The notes beneath the pieces are model-generated. The model was not told the origin of the DNA. It did not search any database and saw only the letters and a program-made list of their open reading frames with translations. Below are positions 19,203 to 27,346 of a DNA stretch of 40,165 nucleotides, in pieces. The stretch comes from Candidatus Heimdallarchaeota archaeon (lineage in GTDB: Archaea > Asgardarchaeota > Heimdallarchaeia > Heimdallarchaeales > Heimdallarchaeaceae). The first letter of the stretch is position 1. The number at the start of each line of letters is the position of its first letter. The stretch is taken from the NCBI GenBank assembly GCA_016839945.1, contig JAEOTE010000056.1:1-40165 (forward strand), written 5' to 3'. The translations under genes and the position numbers were made by a program.

Positions 19203-19850
19203 TTATTGTTCCAAATCAGCTTTGCATTTAGGACATTTATTTTCAATCTTCTTTATTTCATGAAAGCAATTCCAGCATATTTTGCTAGAAGGTTTCTCAA
19301 GAGAATAAACTGATACTTTCTCTTTAAATCCTTTTATAAACAGTATAGCTTGACTCTTTCTAGTTTTCCTTTCTCTTGTCACTATTATGTTAAGAATAAA
19401 ATACAAAACAATTGCAGCAGAACCTATACCTAGTAAAACAAAACCTGGAATTCTTAAAGAAATTGAACTAAAGAAACTTAAAACAATGAATGGAACTAGA
19501 ACTAGTGTTAAAAGTAACAGAATAATCCATAAACTGTACCTCAAACCTAAGAATTCTTTCTTCATCCAATTGTTCAACGAGCTAGGAACCAAGGTTTGAC
19601 TGTAACTTGATTCTATATTTAGGATATTATTTTCCTCCAAGTCTTCCACTAATACAGTGATTCGACCAAATCCACTTCTAAAATATATTTTTAATTGTTT
19701 AGGGTTAGATTGATCTACTTTGTAACCTTGTTTCTCATATTCTTCATTCAAATAATCAAACAACATAGAGATATCTTTGATATTACATCTCAACTCATCA
19801 GATTCAAGAATATCTCTTATCTCATCTTGATTTATAATGGCTTTCACCAA
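19203..19850 (-). CDS. Two-TM membrane protein with C-terminal Zn-ribbon
   Basis: Hydrophobic hairpin at about aa 107-158; CWNC-x10-CPKC. Confidence 0.75.
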   Translation of the reverse strand: MVKAIINQDEIRDILESDELRCNIKDISMLFDYLNEEYEKQGYKVDQSNPKQLKIYFRSGFGRITVLVEDLEENNILNIESSYSQTLVPSSLNNWMKKEFLGLRYSLWIILLLLTLVLVPFIVLSFFSSISLRIPGFVLLGIGSAAIVLYFILNIIVTRERKTRKSQAILFIKGFKEKVSVYSLEKPSSKICWNCFHEIKKIENKCPKCKADLEQ

Positions 19851-19908
19851 CTAATTAAGTTAAGAATAACCTAATTAAGGTTACCTAATAAAAAATTGAT
19901 TAATGATT

Positions 19909-20982
19909 CTAGAATGAAGTTTTTAAGAACTCATCAATCATTGTTTTAACAACGGCTAATCTTTTAGCAATAATAGGAATTTCTTCTTTATTTTTCGTGA
20001 TGCCTACCAGCATTCCACTCTCCGTTTCTTCAAGAATAACTACTCCATCACCTGCATCTAAGGTCTTTTCTTGTGTTCCACTATCTAATGTTTGTTTAAT
20101 AACTTCAGGATATTTTGAGAGAATTCCTAAAACAAAATCTGCGTGTTTATCAGACATTCCATAAGTAAGTGTTTCAAGTTTTCCTGTAGCTCCTGTAGCA
20201 ACAAAACAAACACCTGACTTTGTTGATAATCCCTTAATAACAGATGATAACACTCTTTCAATAGACTGCCTTTTTGTTTCTTCTAAAAGCTGTTGTGTTA
20301 ATTGTACTTTTTTATCATCTTTCACCTCTACAGGTGCATCTGCTTTTACACCTACAAACTCTAGTAGATTTTCTACTTTTCCTGATTCTGAAGGAGTTGA
20401 TGGTGCATGGGTGGGTTGCGTTGCAGGTTGAGTTGTAGGTTGAGTTGGTCTTGAAGGTGGAGTGTGACTCTCAGTTTGAGCTTGTTCTCTAAGCTCTTGT
20501 ACAGTAGGAGTATGTGGTTCTGAAACAACAACTTGTTGAGGTTTTTTAGTTGGAAAATAATCATATTTTATTTGACTTGATGCTCTTTCTGAAATTAGAT
20601 CACCCAACTTCTTTATTAAAGCAGTTTGGGATTTTGGTTCCATTTTATCAATAGAACCATAATCTTTGAGCTGATCTACTAATTTCTCTTTGATTAATCC
20701 GATAATTTTTGCAGCTGCATCATCTGGTATATCTGGCATAAACATACTTGCTAATACTATATTATAGAATATGTGATAATCAACTCGAAAAACATCATTA
20801 ATAAGAGAAATAGTGCTTGATTTCTTGAGCTCCTCCCTTGTTTTAGTACTTGTATCAATTACTTGAAAAACTGTTGAAAAAGGTGTTTTTTGATTTATAA
20901 CTTTATCAAAAATCATATCCTCTTCTAAAGTAAAAAGACTAAAACCAACGAATTTTTCCCAAGGTAAATCAAAGTCACTCAT
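19909..20982 (-). CDS. Hypothetical longin-like + P/T-rich linker + roadblock-like protein (paralog 3)
   Basis: N-domain FVGFSLFTLEEDMIF...VFRVDYHIFYNIVLASM; linker PTQPTTQPATQPT; C-domain QLLEETKRQSI...LSKYPEVI...KTLDAG...VILEE...MLVGI; GGAG RBS. Confidence 0.72.
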   Translation of the reverse strand: MSDFDLPWEKFVGFSLFTLEEDMIFDKVINQKTPFSTVFQVIDTSTKTREELKKSSTISLINDVFRVDYHIFYNIVLASMFMPDIPDDAAAKIIGLIKEKLVDQLKDYGSIDKMEPKSQTALIKKLGDLISERASSQIKYDYFPTKKPQQVVVSEPHTPTVQELREQAQTESHTPPSRPTQPTTQPATQPTHAPSTPSESGKVENLLEFVGVKADAPVEVKDDKKVQLTQQLLEETKRQSIERVLSSVIKGLSTKSGVCFVATGATGKLETLTYGMSDKHADFVLGILSKYPEVIKQTLDSGTQEKTLDAGDGVVILEETESGMLVGITKNKEEIPIIAKRLAVVKTMIDEFLKTSF

Positions 20983-21047
20983 TTTTTACTCCTAATCAAT
21001 TAATAATAATTGTATAACATATTTAAGACTTTATTGAAGATTAATAA

Positions 21048-22235
21048 TTACTTCTTCTTCTTTTCCTCTTTCTTTTTCGATTTTTTCTCTCTTCTTTCTT
21101 TGGATTTCTCCCATTTCTTCCATTTTTTCACATTTTTAGTAGACTCTTGACCAAAAATAACTGCTGAATAAGCTCTTCCTTCTGTTTGACCAAGATCTCG
21201 TACTTGAAATTCTTCTTCTTCTCGTTTTTTTGTTTCCGCTAGCATTTGTTGAATTATTTCTTCCCTTCTTTGCGTTAATTCATCATCTATTTCTGGCATA
21301 ACAACTTCTGGTTCAACTGCTAGTTCTTGTTCTACCACTACTTCTGGTTCTTGTTCTACCACTACTTCTGGTTCTTGTTCTACCACTACTTCTGGTTCTT
21401 GTTCTACCACTACTTCTGGTTCTTGTTCTACCACTACTTCTGGTTCAGGTTCAATTACTTGTTCTATAATTGGCTCTATAATAGTTTTTTCTAATTCTAA
21501 GGGTATAACGTCTTCTTGAGTAATAGGAACACTAGTAGTTTCATTTATGAAGATCATTTCATGCACGTCTTCTGGGATATTCTCAGGTTGAATCTGAACA
21601 TTTTCATTTATAATAGGATTAGTGACTATAGGTTGAGATAAATCAACAGGTTCCAATTCTTTTAGTTGTTCTTCCAAGAAAGGTTCTTCTACAGAAACAA
21701 CTTCTTTTTCTATTTCTTCTTTAATTTCAACAATTTCTGCAGGTTCTATTTCTGCTTCTACTTCTAGTGGTTCTGCATCTACTATTTCATCTATTTCTTC
21801 TACTTGTATCTCTGTATCTATCTCTTCATCAACAGGTTCGTCAAGATCTACATCTGCTAGATCTATCTCAGAAACTAAGGATTCTGTTTCTTTTATCGCA
21901 GCTTCTTCTGATGGGAGAGGAATTTGTTCTTGCTCTATTATTTCCTGTATTTCTTCTTGTTCTAATTCTGTTTTGACTTCTTCTAAATCCTCACCAGAAA
22001 CAGCTTTTGCTAAACCAATAGTTGCTTCTTCCAAAGCTATCGATCTTTCTATTTTTTTCTCTTCAGCTATATCAGGGGATTCAACAACTGGTTTTTCTAA
22101 GATTACCTCATCTACAGATTTTTCTTTCTCTCTAAGCGTTTTTTCTTTTGCTAAATTGTATAAGTATTGGGCAAATCGAGTAATATTCTTTTTATCCCAA
22201 TCTAGTTTTTCTTTGTCTTCGTTGTTTGAAACCAT
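21048..22235 (-). CDS. Highly acidic, predicted disordered protein with PEVVVEQE repeats and Lys-rich C-terminus
   Basis: E/V/I/P-rich; short amphipathic N-helix (ITRFAQYLYNLAK); C-terminal KKWKKWEKSKERREKKSKKKEEKKKK. Confidence 0.8.
   Translation of the reverse strand: MVSNNEDKEKLDWDKKNITRFAQYLYNLAKEKTLREKEKSVDEVILEKPVVESPDIAEEKKIERSIALEEATIGLAKAVSGEDLEEVKTELEQEEIQEIIEQEQIPLPSEEAAIKETESLVSEIDLADVDLDEPVDEEIDTEIQVEEIDEIVDAEPLEVEAEIEPAEIVEIKEEIEKEVVSVEEPFLEEQLKELEPVDLSQPIVTNPIINENVQIQPENIPEDVHEMIFINETTSVPITQEDVIPLELEKTIIEPIIEQVIEPEPEVVVEQEPEVVVEQEPEVVVEQEPEVVVEQEPEVVVEQELAVEPEVVMPEIDDELTQRREEIIQQMLAETKKREEEEFQVRDLGQTEGRAYSAVIFGQESTKNVKKWKKWEKSKERREKKSKKKEEKKKK
21324..21443. repeat. Perfect 24-bp tandem repeat x5 (TTCTTGTTCTACCACTACTTCTGG) encoding PEVVVEQE x5
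   Basis: Identical units begin at 21324, 21348, 21372, 21396 and 21420. Confidence 0.97.
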
Positions 22236-22444
22236 GAGATAATCACTTATCTGTGACAGTTAGAATCTTTAGTCACACTACTTTTTTTGTCTTATTAATC
22301 TTTCTTAACTTCTTAGATACTTAAATTCATTCCGCGATTAAGTTCTTTAATTTAGGTTTCTTTGTTGTTCTTACTATAATTATTTTGCTTTAGTACTAGC
22401 ATAATAGAAAACTAAAATTTAATAACTATACAATTTAATATTAG

Positions 22445-23494
22445 TTGATGAGTGAATCACTAAAACCTTCTTTGATGCAGTTGTTAAGCTCTTTTTCCTA
22501 TTATTTTGTAGATGAAGCTCGAAAGGCAACAGGTAATGATATTCAAGAAGTAAAAATAAATGATCTTGAATACTCTAAAGCTAGTGGTCGTTTTGGTGAT
22601 GTATACGTTGTAGATGTTTTCTATTCATCAAATTTTGGGGAACACAAAAGCAAGCTAGCTATTAAATTTATCGAAGACGTTAGTGATGTAATAACTGAAA
22701 TCAAAAATTCATCATTTCTAGAAAAGAAGTTTTCAACACGTTCTTTTGTAAAAATTCCACGCTATATTTTTGTTAATTTAAAAACTCCCACATTTATAGC
22801 TTATGAAGGAATAACAGGTATTAATTATGAAGACGCCTTAAATGTTGAAAATAAAAGCTTCTGGGCAGGATATGTGCTCTCTATAATTCATGAAGGTAAA
22901 CCTAAACCTGTAATAATCGACATCTATGAAGAGCTGTATAGAAGATTAATTTTAGCTATATTTGGTGGAGATGATGAAGAACAAGAGATTATGGAGAAAT
23001 CAAAAGCATTGATTGAAATGGTAGCTTCATCACAAGGAGGAAGTGATGCTTTTGGAGATTTTCACCAAAGTAATTTAATGATTAGAGCTAGCCCTCAAAA
23101 TGAAATTGTTAGTATAGCATTAATTGATCCAACATTCTGGATGCAAGGATCTTTTGACAGGTTTGAAGATATTGGGACATTTTTTGGAAGACAAGTATTT
23201 CTAGAGTACAGGGAAACTAAATCACTTGAGAAAACAATTGAAGAGGTTGAAAAATTTATTGAAGGATATAATGTGCATCTAAAAGAGATATATGGTGTTC
23301 TCTTGGAAGAGATGTATCCTAAAGGATATCCTCTAGATTTATTTTTGTCAACTTGGGCAATGATGGATATTATTGATAAAACAAACAACTTGAATGTTTC
23401 TCATGACCATCCAGATGTTCTTCTACTAAAAGAACTTGCATATACTTTCTTAACTGATCAACCAGTTGGTAGAGTTATTAATTCATTTATATGA
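22445..23494 (+). CDS. Protein-kinase-like (APH/phosphotransferase fold) enzyme
   Basis: ASGRFGDVY Gly-loop, LAIKF, helix-C E (ITEIKN), FGDFHQSNLMI catalytic loop, LIDP metal-binding motif. Confidence 0.8.
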   Translation: MMSESLKPSLMQLLSSFSYYFVDEARKATGNDIQEVKINDLEYSKASGRFGDVYVVDVFYSSNFGEHKSKLAIKFIEDVSDVITEIKNSSFLEKKFSTRSFVKIPRYIFVNLKTPTFIAYEGITGINYEDALNVENKSFWAGYVLSIIHEGKPKPVIIDIYEELYRRLILAIFGGDDEEQEIMEKSKALIEMVASSQGGSDAFGDFHQSNLMIRASPQNEIVSIALIDPTFWMQGSFDRFEDIGTFFGRQVFLEYRETKSLEKTIEEVEKFIEGYNVHLKEIYGVLLEEMYPKGYPLDLFLSTWAMMDIIDKTNNLNVSHDHPDVLLLKELAYTFLTDQPVGRVINSFI

Positions 23495-23543
23495 ATTTAA
23501 AGAGTAACAAATTTAAAGAACGAATGTTAATATTATCTGTAAG

Positions 23544-24386
23544 ATGACCCACTCCAGCAAAGATATCATGATATCTGCATTTGCTTTAGCTAAGATATTA
23601 TCAGTTGATGCTTTGGATACTTCAAAGGAATCTGCTGGAGTCTTAATTGGTTATTTTGATGAGAGTAGAAAACAACTAGTAATTACAGACTTTGATACTG
23701 GAAAGCAAAAACAAACCTCAACTTTTGTAGTATTAGATGATGAAGCTCTTGTTCAGATTGTTGAAGATCTACAGAATAGAGAAAGAAATGAATCGATCGT
23801 GGGTTGGGCGCACACCCATCCTTCTTATGGATGTTTCCTTTCTGGAACAGACAAAAGCACTCAAAGAACATATCAAAATTTATTCTCACAAGCTGTTGCA
23901 CTTGTAATCGATCCTTCAAAGTACTATGAAACTTCGCAGCAGAAAGATTTAGAGATTAAATTTTTTAGGCTAATAGATGACTTTGATTATCGTGCAATTC
24001 CTTTTGGAATATATTTTGATGACATAACTAAACATCTTTCCAATTTAGCAGAAATTGATTTGAAGTGGGAACTTCCCCAATTAGCTGAAAGTGAAGTTAG
24101 GGCTCTACATCAAAAATTAGAATCTGTTGTTTCTCCATCTTTGTTAGAAAGTGATAAACAACTTCTACATGGTTTTGTTGATGTTCTAAGTGAAACTAAG
24201 GAACAATTTGTTGATAGTGGAGAAGGGAAAGAGATACTTGAATCAATTGATGAAAAACTAAGTGACATATCGACGAATGTAACGCAGATATATAATGAGG
24301 AAACGTTTAATCTTTATGCTGCTTTAAACATTGTAGCAGTTGTAATAATTGCAATAGCTTGGTTTTTAATAGCATACTTCACATAA
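23544..24386 (+). CDS. JAMM/MPN+ metalloprotease (Rpn11-like) with helical linker and C-terminal TM anchor
   Basis: KESAGVLIG (catalytic E); VGWAHTHPSYGCFLSGTD (HxH-x7-S-x2-D); AVALVIDP; terminal TM LYAALNIVAVVIIAIAWFLIAYFT. Confidence 0.88.
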   Translation: MTHSSKDIMISAFALAKILSVDALDTSKESAGVLIGYFDESRKQLVITDFDTGKQKQTSTFVVLDDEALVQIVEDLQNRERNESIVGWAHTHPSYGCFLSGTDKSTQRTYQNLFSQAVALVIDPSKYYETSQQKDLEIKFFRLIDDFDYRAIPFGIYFDDITKHLSNLAEIDLKWELPQLAESEVRALHQKLESVVSPSLLESDKQLLHGFVDVLSETKEQFVDSGEGKEILESIDEKLSDISTNVTQIYNEETFNLYAALNIVAVVIIAIAWFLIAYFT

Positions 24387-24449
24387 CCAAACAATCATGA
24401 ACATTTTACATTATTAGAAGAGTTTTTCAAATGATAATATTCTTAATAT

Positions 24450-25268
24450 TTGATGTCTATCGTTCAGATAATACCAATACCTTCAAACAAAATAATTGAA
24501 GAAGAAGATGATTTAGTATCTGTAGTTTTGAAATCAATAGAAGACCAAGGTCATGCTCTTCAGAATGATGATATTCTCGTGATTGCTAGTAAAGTAGTTT
24601 CTGTTGTGGAAAAACGAATTAGAAAGTATGAAGATATTTCCCCAACAAAAGAAGCTAAAGTTATCGGTAAGAGAGCTCGCATTTCACCAGAGTTTGCTCA
24701 GATTATTTTAGATGAAACCAATAACAAATATATTGGCACTGTTCCTGGTGCAGTTACAACTCTAAATAAATATGGACTGATGGCAAATGCAGGAGCAGAT
24801 CAATCAAATGTGGGAGATGAAAAAATAATCCTTCTCCCAGAAGACTGTAAAATTTCAGCTCAGAAAATACATCAGAAGTTTTTAGATCAGATTAATTCAT
24901 ACATTGGTATTATTATAGCTGATTCACGAACAATGCCACTGCGATTAGGGACAGTAGGTGGAGCATTAGCTACATATGGATTCCAATCTGTCATAGATGA
25001 AAGAGGTAAGAATGATTTATTTGGAAAACCAATGCACATAACAACTAGAGCAGTAGGAGATCAGCTTGCAACTGCTGCAGAGCTTCTAATGGGTGAGACT
25101 GACGAACGAATCCCTTTTGTTATCGTTAGGGGGTATCCTATCAGAAGAATCACAAACAAAGAAGAGCAAGACATTAATTTACTTATAACAGAGGAAAATT
25201 GTATGTTCATTGGACCTCTGCTTCCTTGCTTAGAGGAAAAAATGAAAAGAGCTATTGAAAATGATTAA
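24450..25268 (+). CDS. cofE: CofE-family gamma-glutamyl ligase (F420-0 ligase / FolC2-like)
   Basis: DILVIASKVVS, ANAGADQSN, IIADSRTMPLRLG, DLFG, LLMGETDE. Confidence 0.85.
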   Translation: MMSIVQIIPIPSNKIIEEEDDLVSVVLKSIEDQGHALQNDDILVIASKVVSVVEKRIRKYEDISPTKEAKVIGKRARISPEFAQIILDETNNKYIGTVPGAVTTLNKYGLMANAGADQSNVGDEKIILLPEDCKISAQKIHQKFLDQINSYIGIIIADSRTMPLRLGTVGGALATYGFQSVIDERGKNDLFGKPMHITTRAVGDQLATAAELLMGETDERIPFVIVRGYPIRRITNKEEQDINLLITEENCMFIGPLLPCLEEKMKRAIEND

Positions 25269-26142
25269 AGGTAATCTAGGAAAGATACAAGTAGGAGATG
25301 AATTTCCAACTCCCATTGTAGGTGTAGTTAATCTTTCTCCTGCTTCATTTTACAAAGGTTCTATTGCATCAACAAATCAAGATCTCGAAAAAGTAGTGTT
25401 AAAGATGATTGATGAGGGAGTAAATTGCTTAGATATAGGGGCTCAATCTACTAGACCAATTCAAATTTATGGTGGAGAAGGAAGAGTTAATGAGATACAA
25501 GAAAAAGAAATAGTTGGTAAATCATTAGAAGTGGTTCTAGACATTATGAAAAGTTATGAGGGTGTAGAAATATCTGTAGACACTACAAGGGGTTCAGTAG
25601 CAGAATCTGCTCTGAAGAAAGATATACGGATTATAAATGATATATCCGGTTTTAAAAAAGATGAAAAAATGGCTAGTCTAATTGCAGACTATGATGCACA
25701 TGCTATTGTTATGGCGGCAAAAAAAGAACCAGGGGACGTTTATACTATAGACGAAGTATTACATGAACTCAAACTAAGTGTTAATATTGGATTGAATAGT
25801 GGAATCAAAAAAGATAGGATGATAATTGATCCTGGGATAGGTAGTTGGGAAGCAAGAGACTATTATCATGATTATTCATTGATTAGAAATTTAGAAGAAT
25901 TTAGGGTATTAAACAAACCTATTTACATAGGTATCAGTAGAAAGACCTCAATTGGTAAAATTCTAAATGATGCACCTCCAGAAGAGAGACTGTTTGGATC
26001 AATAGGGGCTACAATTGTTGCTATACTAAATGGTGCTCATATTGTGAGAACACATGATGTTAAACCTACATTAGAAGCAATAAGAGTTGCAGAAACGATT
26101 CTTAATTTTGACAAATACTTCTCAAAGAATCTCTCTAAATAG
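25261..26142 (+). CDS. folP: Dihydropteroate synthase
   Basis: VGVVNLSPASF, DIGAQSTRP, SVDT, INDISG, IDPGIG, GISRK, IVRTHDV; overlaps the cofE-like stop; start at ATG 25261 preferred (ORF track start 25255). Confidence 0.93.
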   Translation: MIKGNLGKIQVGDEFPTPIVGVVNLSPASFYKGSIASTNQDLEKVVLKMIDEGVNCLDIGAQSTRPIQIYGGEGRVNEIQEKEIVGKSLEVVLDIMKSYEGVEISVDTTRGSVAESALKKDIRIINDISGFKKDEKMASLIADYDAHAIVMAAKKEPGDVYTIDEVLHELKLSVNIGLNSGIKKDRMIIDPGIGSWEARDYYHDYSLIRNLEEFRVLNKPIYIGISRKTSIGKILNDAPPEERLFGSIGATIVAILNGAHIVRTHDVKPTLEAIRVAETILNFDKYFSKNLSK

Positions 26143-26144
26143 TT

Positions 26145-27218
26145 TTAACTAGTGAATATTGCTCCTTCATCAATTTCTACGGACCATATAGGAAGTTTGA
26201 AGTTGGTTTTTAATGAATCAACTATTGAATCGTTTTCTTTATCTGTTAAAAGAACAACACTACCTCCTAATCCGGCACCTGTTAGTTTTCCCCCCAATGC
26301 TCCATTAATAATAGCTGAATCAATTATCTTGTCTAGAATGGGTGTTGAGACTTCAAGATTTTCTCTCAGAGAAATCTGTTGTGAAGTTAATAAATCTCCT
26401 AGTATGTTAATATTGGGATCTGATTTTAACATCACTTTTTCAGCTTCTTCAGTATCTTGTTTAATTGAGATAACTCCAGTCAATATTTTCTTTTCTTTTT
26501 TATTGAAACTTTTACTATATTTCTCTAAGATACTAATGGAGCTGTCACGAAGAGGAATACTAGATTCAGTCTCAAATACTCTGATCGCTTTTTTTATTTC
26601 TTTTACTTTTGACCCATGAACCTGGCTAGTGAGCTTAGGTGTTTGACTATTTACAACAATCAATCGAAAATCAGGTTTAGGGAGTATTCTGATTTCAGGT
26701 GGTTCGGTACATTTAAGACTTATAATCCCTCCAATAGATGAAGAATATTGATCCATTCTCCCACAAGGAATACCCAGTAGGTTGTGTTCTGCATTGTAGG
26801 CTAGTTCAGCTAGCTCTTCTTTTTCGATCTCGATTTCACTCACTCCACATAAATGCTTTATCCATGCAACTAATAGAGCTGCTGAACTAGAAAGTCCACT
26901 AGCTATAGGAATATCACTTTGAATTGTTACTTCTAAAGAAGGTATTTCTATATTGGAACTAAAATCCTTTAAGGCAAGGATACCTGATTCCATAAAAGAT
27001 TTGAAGTCTAAATTATTACTGCTTATTTTTTGTAATTTAATTGGTATTTTTACTATTTGATTCAAATCCTTGCTAAATACAGATATCATATTTTTTTTTC
27101 CTTCATAAGATGAAATATTTACTCTTAAATTGATAGCAGCAGGAATGACTCTTAACTCTAAATAATCTTGATGTTCTCCATATAGACATACTCTAGCTGG
27201 TGCTGAAGAAAAATACAT
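26145..27218 (-). CDS. GHMP-family sugar kinase (galactokinase-like)
   Basis: APARVCLYGEHQDY, IPIASGLSSSAA, CGRMDQY, GKLTGAGLGG. Confidence 0.9.
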   Translation of the reverse strand: MYFSSAPARVCLYGEHQDYLELRVIPAAINLRVNISSYEGKKNMISVFSKDLNQIVKIPIKLQKISSNNLDFKSFMESGILALKDFSSNIEIPSLEVTIQSDIPIASGLSSSAALLVAWIKHLCGVSEIEIEKEELAELAYNAEHNLLGIPCGRMDQYSSSIGGIISLKCTEPPEIRILPKPDFRLIVVNSQTPKLTSQVHGSKVKEIKKAIRVFETESSIPLRDSSISILEKYSKSFNKKEKKILTGVISIKQDTEEAEKVMLKSDPNINILGDLLTSQQISLRENLEVSTPILDKIIDSAIINGALGGKLTGAGLGGSVVLLTDKENDSIVDSLKTNFKLPIWSVEIDEGAIFTS

Positions 27219-27226
27219 TAAATCAA

Positions 27227-27261
27227 CAAAAAGTATCTTTTTCTCTTAATAATACTTTTTG
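27227..27261. promoter_or_regulatory. 10-bp perfect inverted repeat in divergent promoter region
   Basis: CAAAAAGTAT (27227-36), 15-nt spacer, ATACTTTTTG (27252-61). Confidence 0.4.
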
Positions 27262-27346
27262 GTAAAAATGAAATCTCTCACCTTTTTGGATTTCCTTCTT
27301 AATAAAGTATATAAGTAAAAATTCCTTTAAAAGATGTGGGGATATA

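Noticed and set aside
21324-21443. CRISPR array
   Set aside because: Repeats are head-to-tail with no spacers, in frame inside a CDS; no cas genes
22252-22277. TGTGAC...GTCACA inverted repeat resembling a CRP site
   Set aside because: Only 6 bp with a 14-nt spacer, wrong spacing for CRP; may be chance
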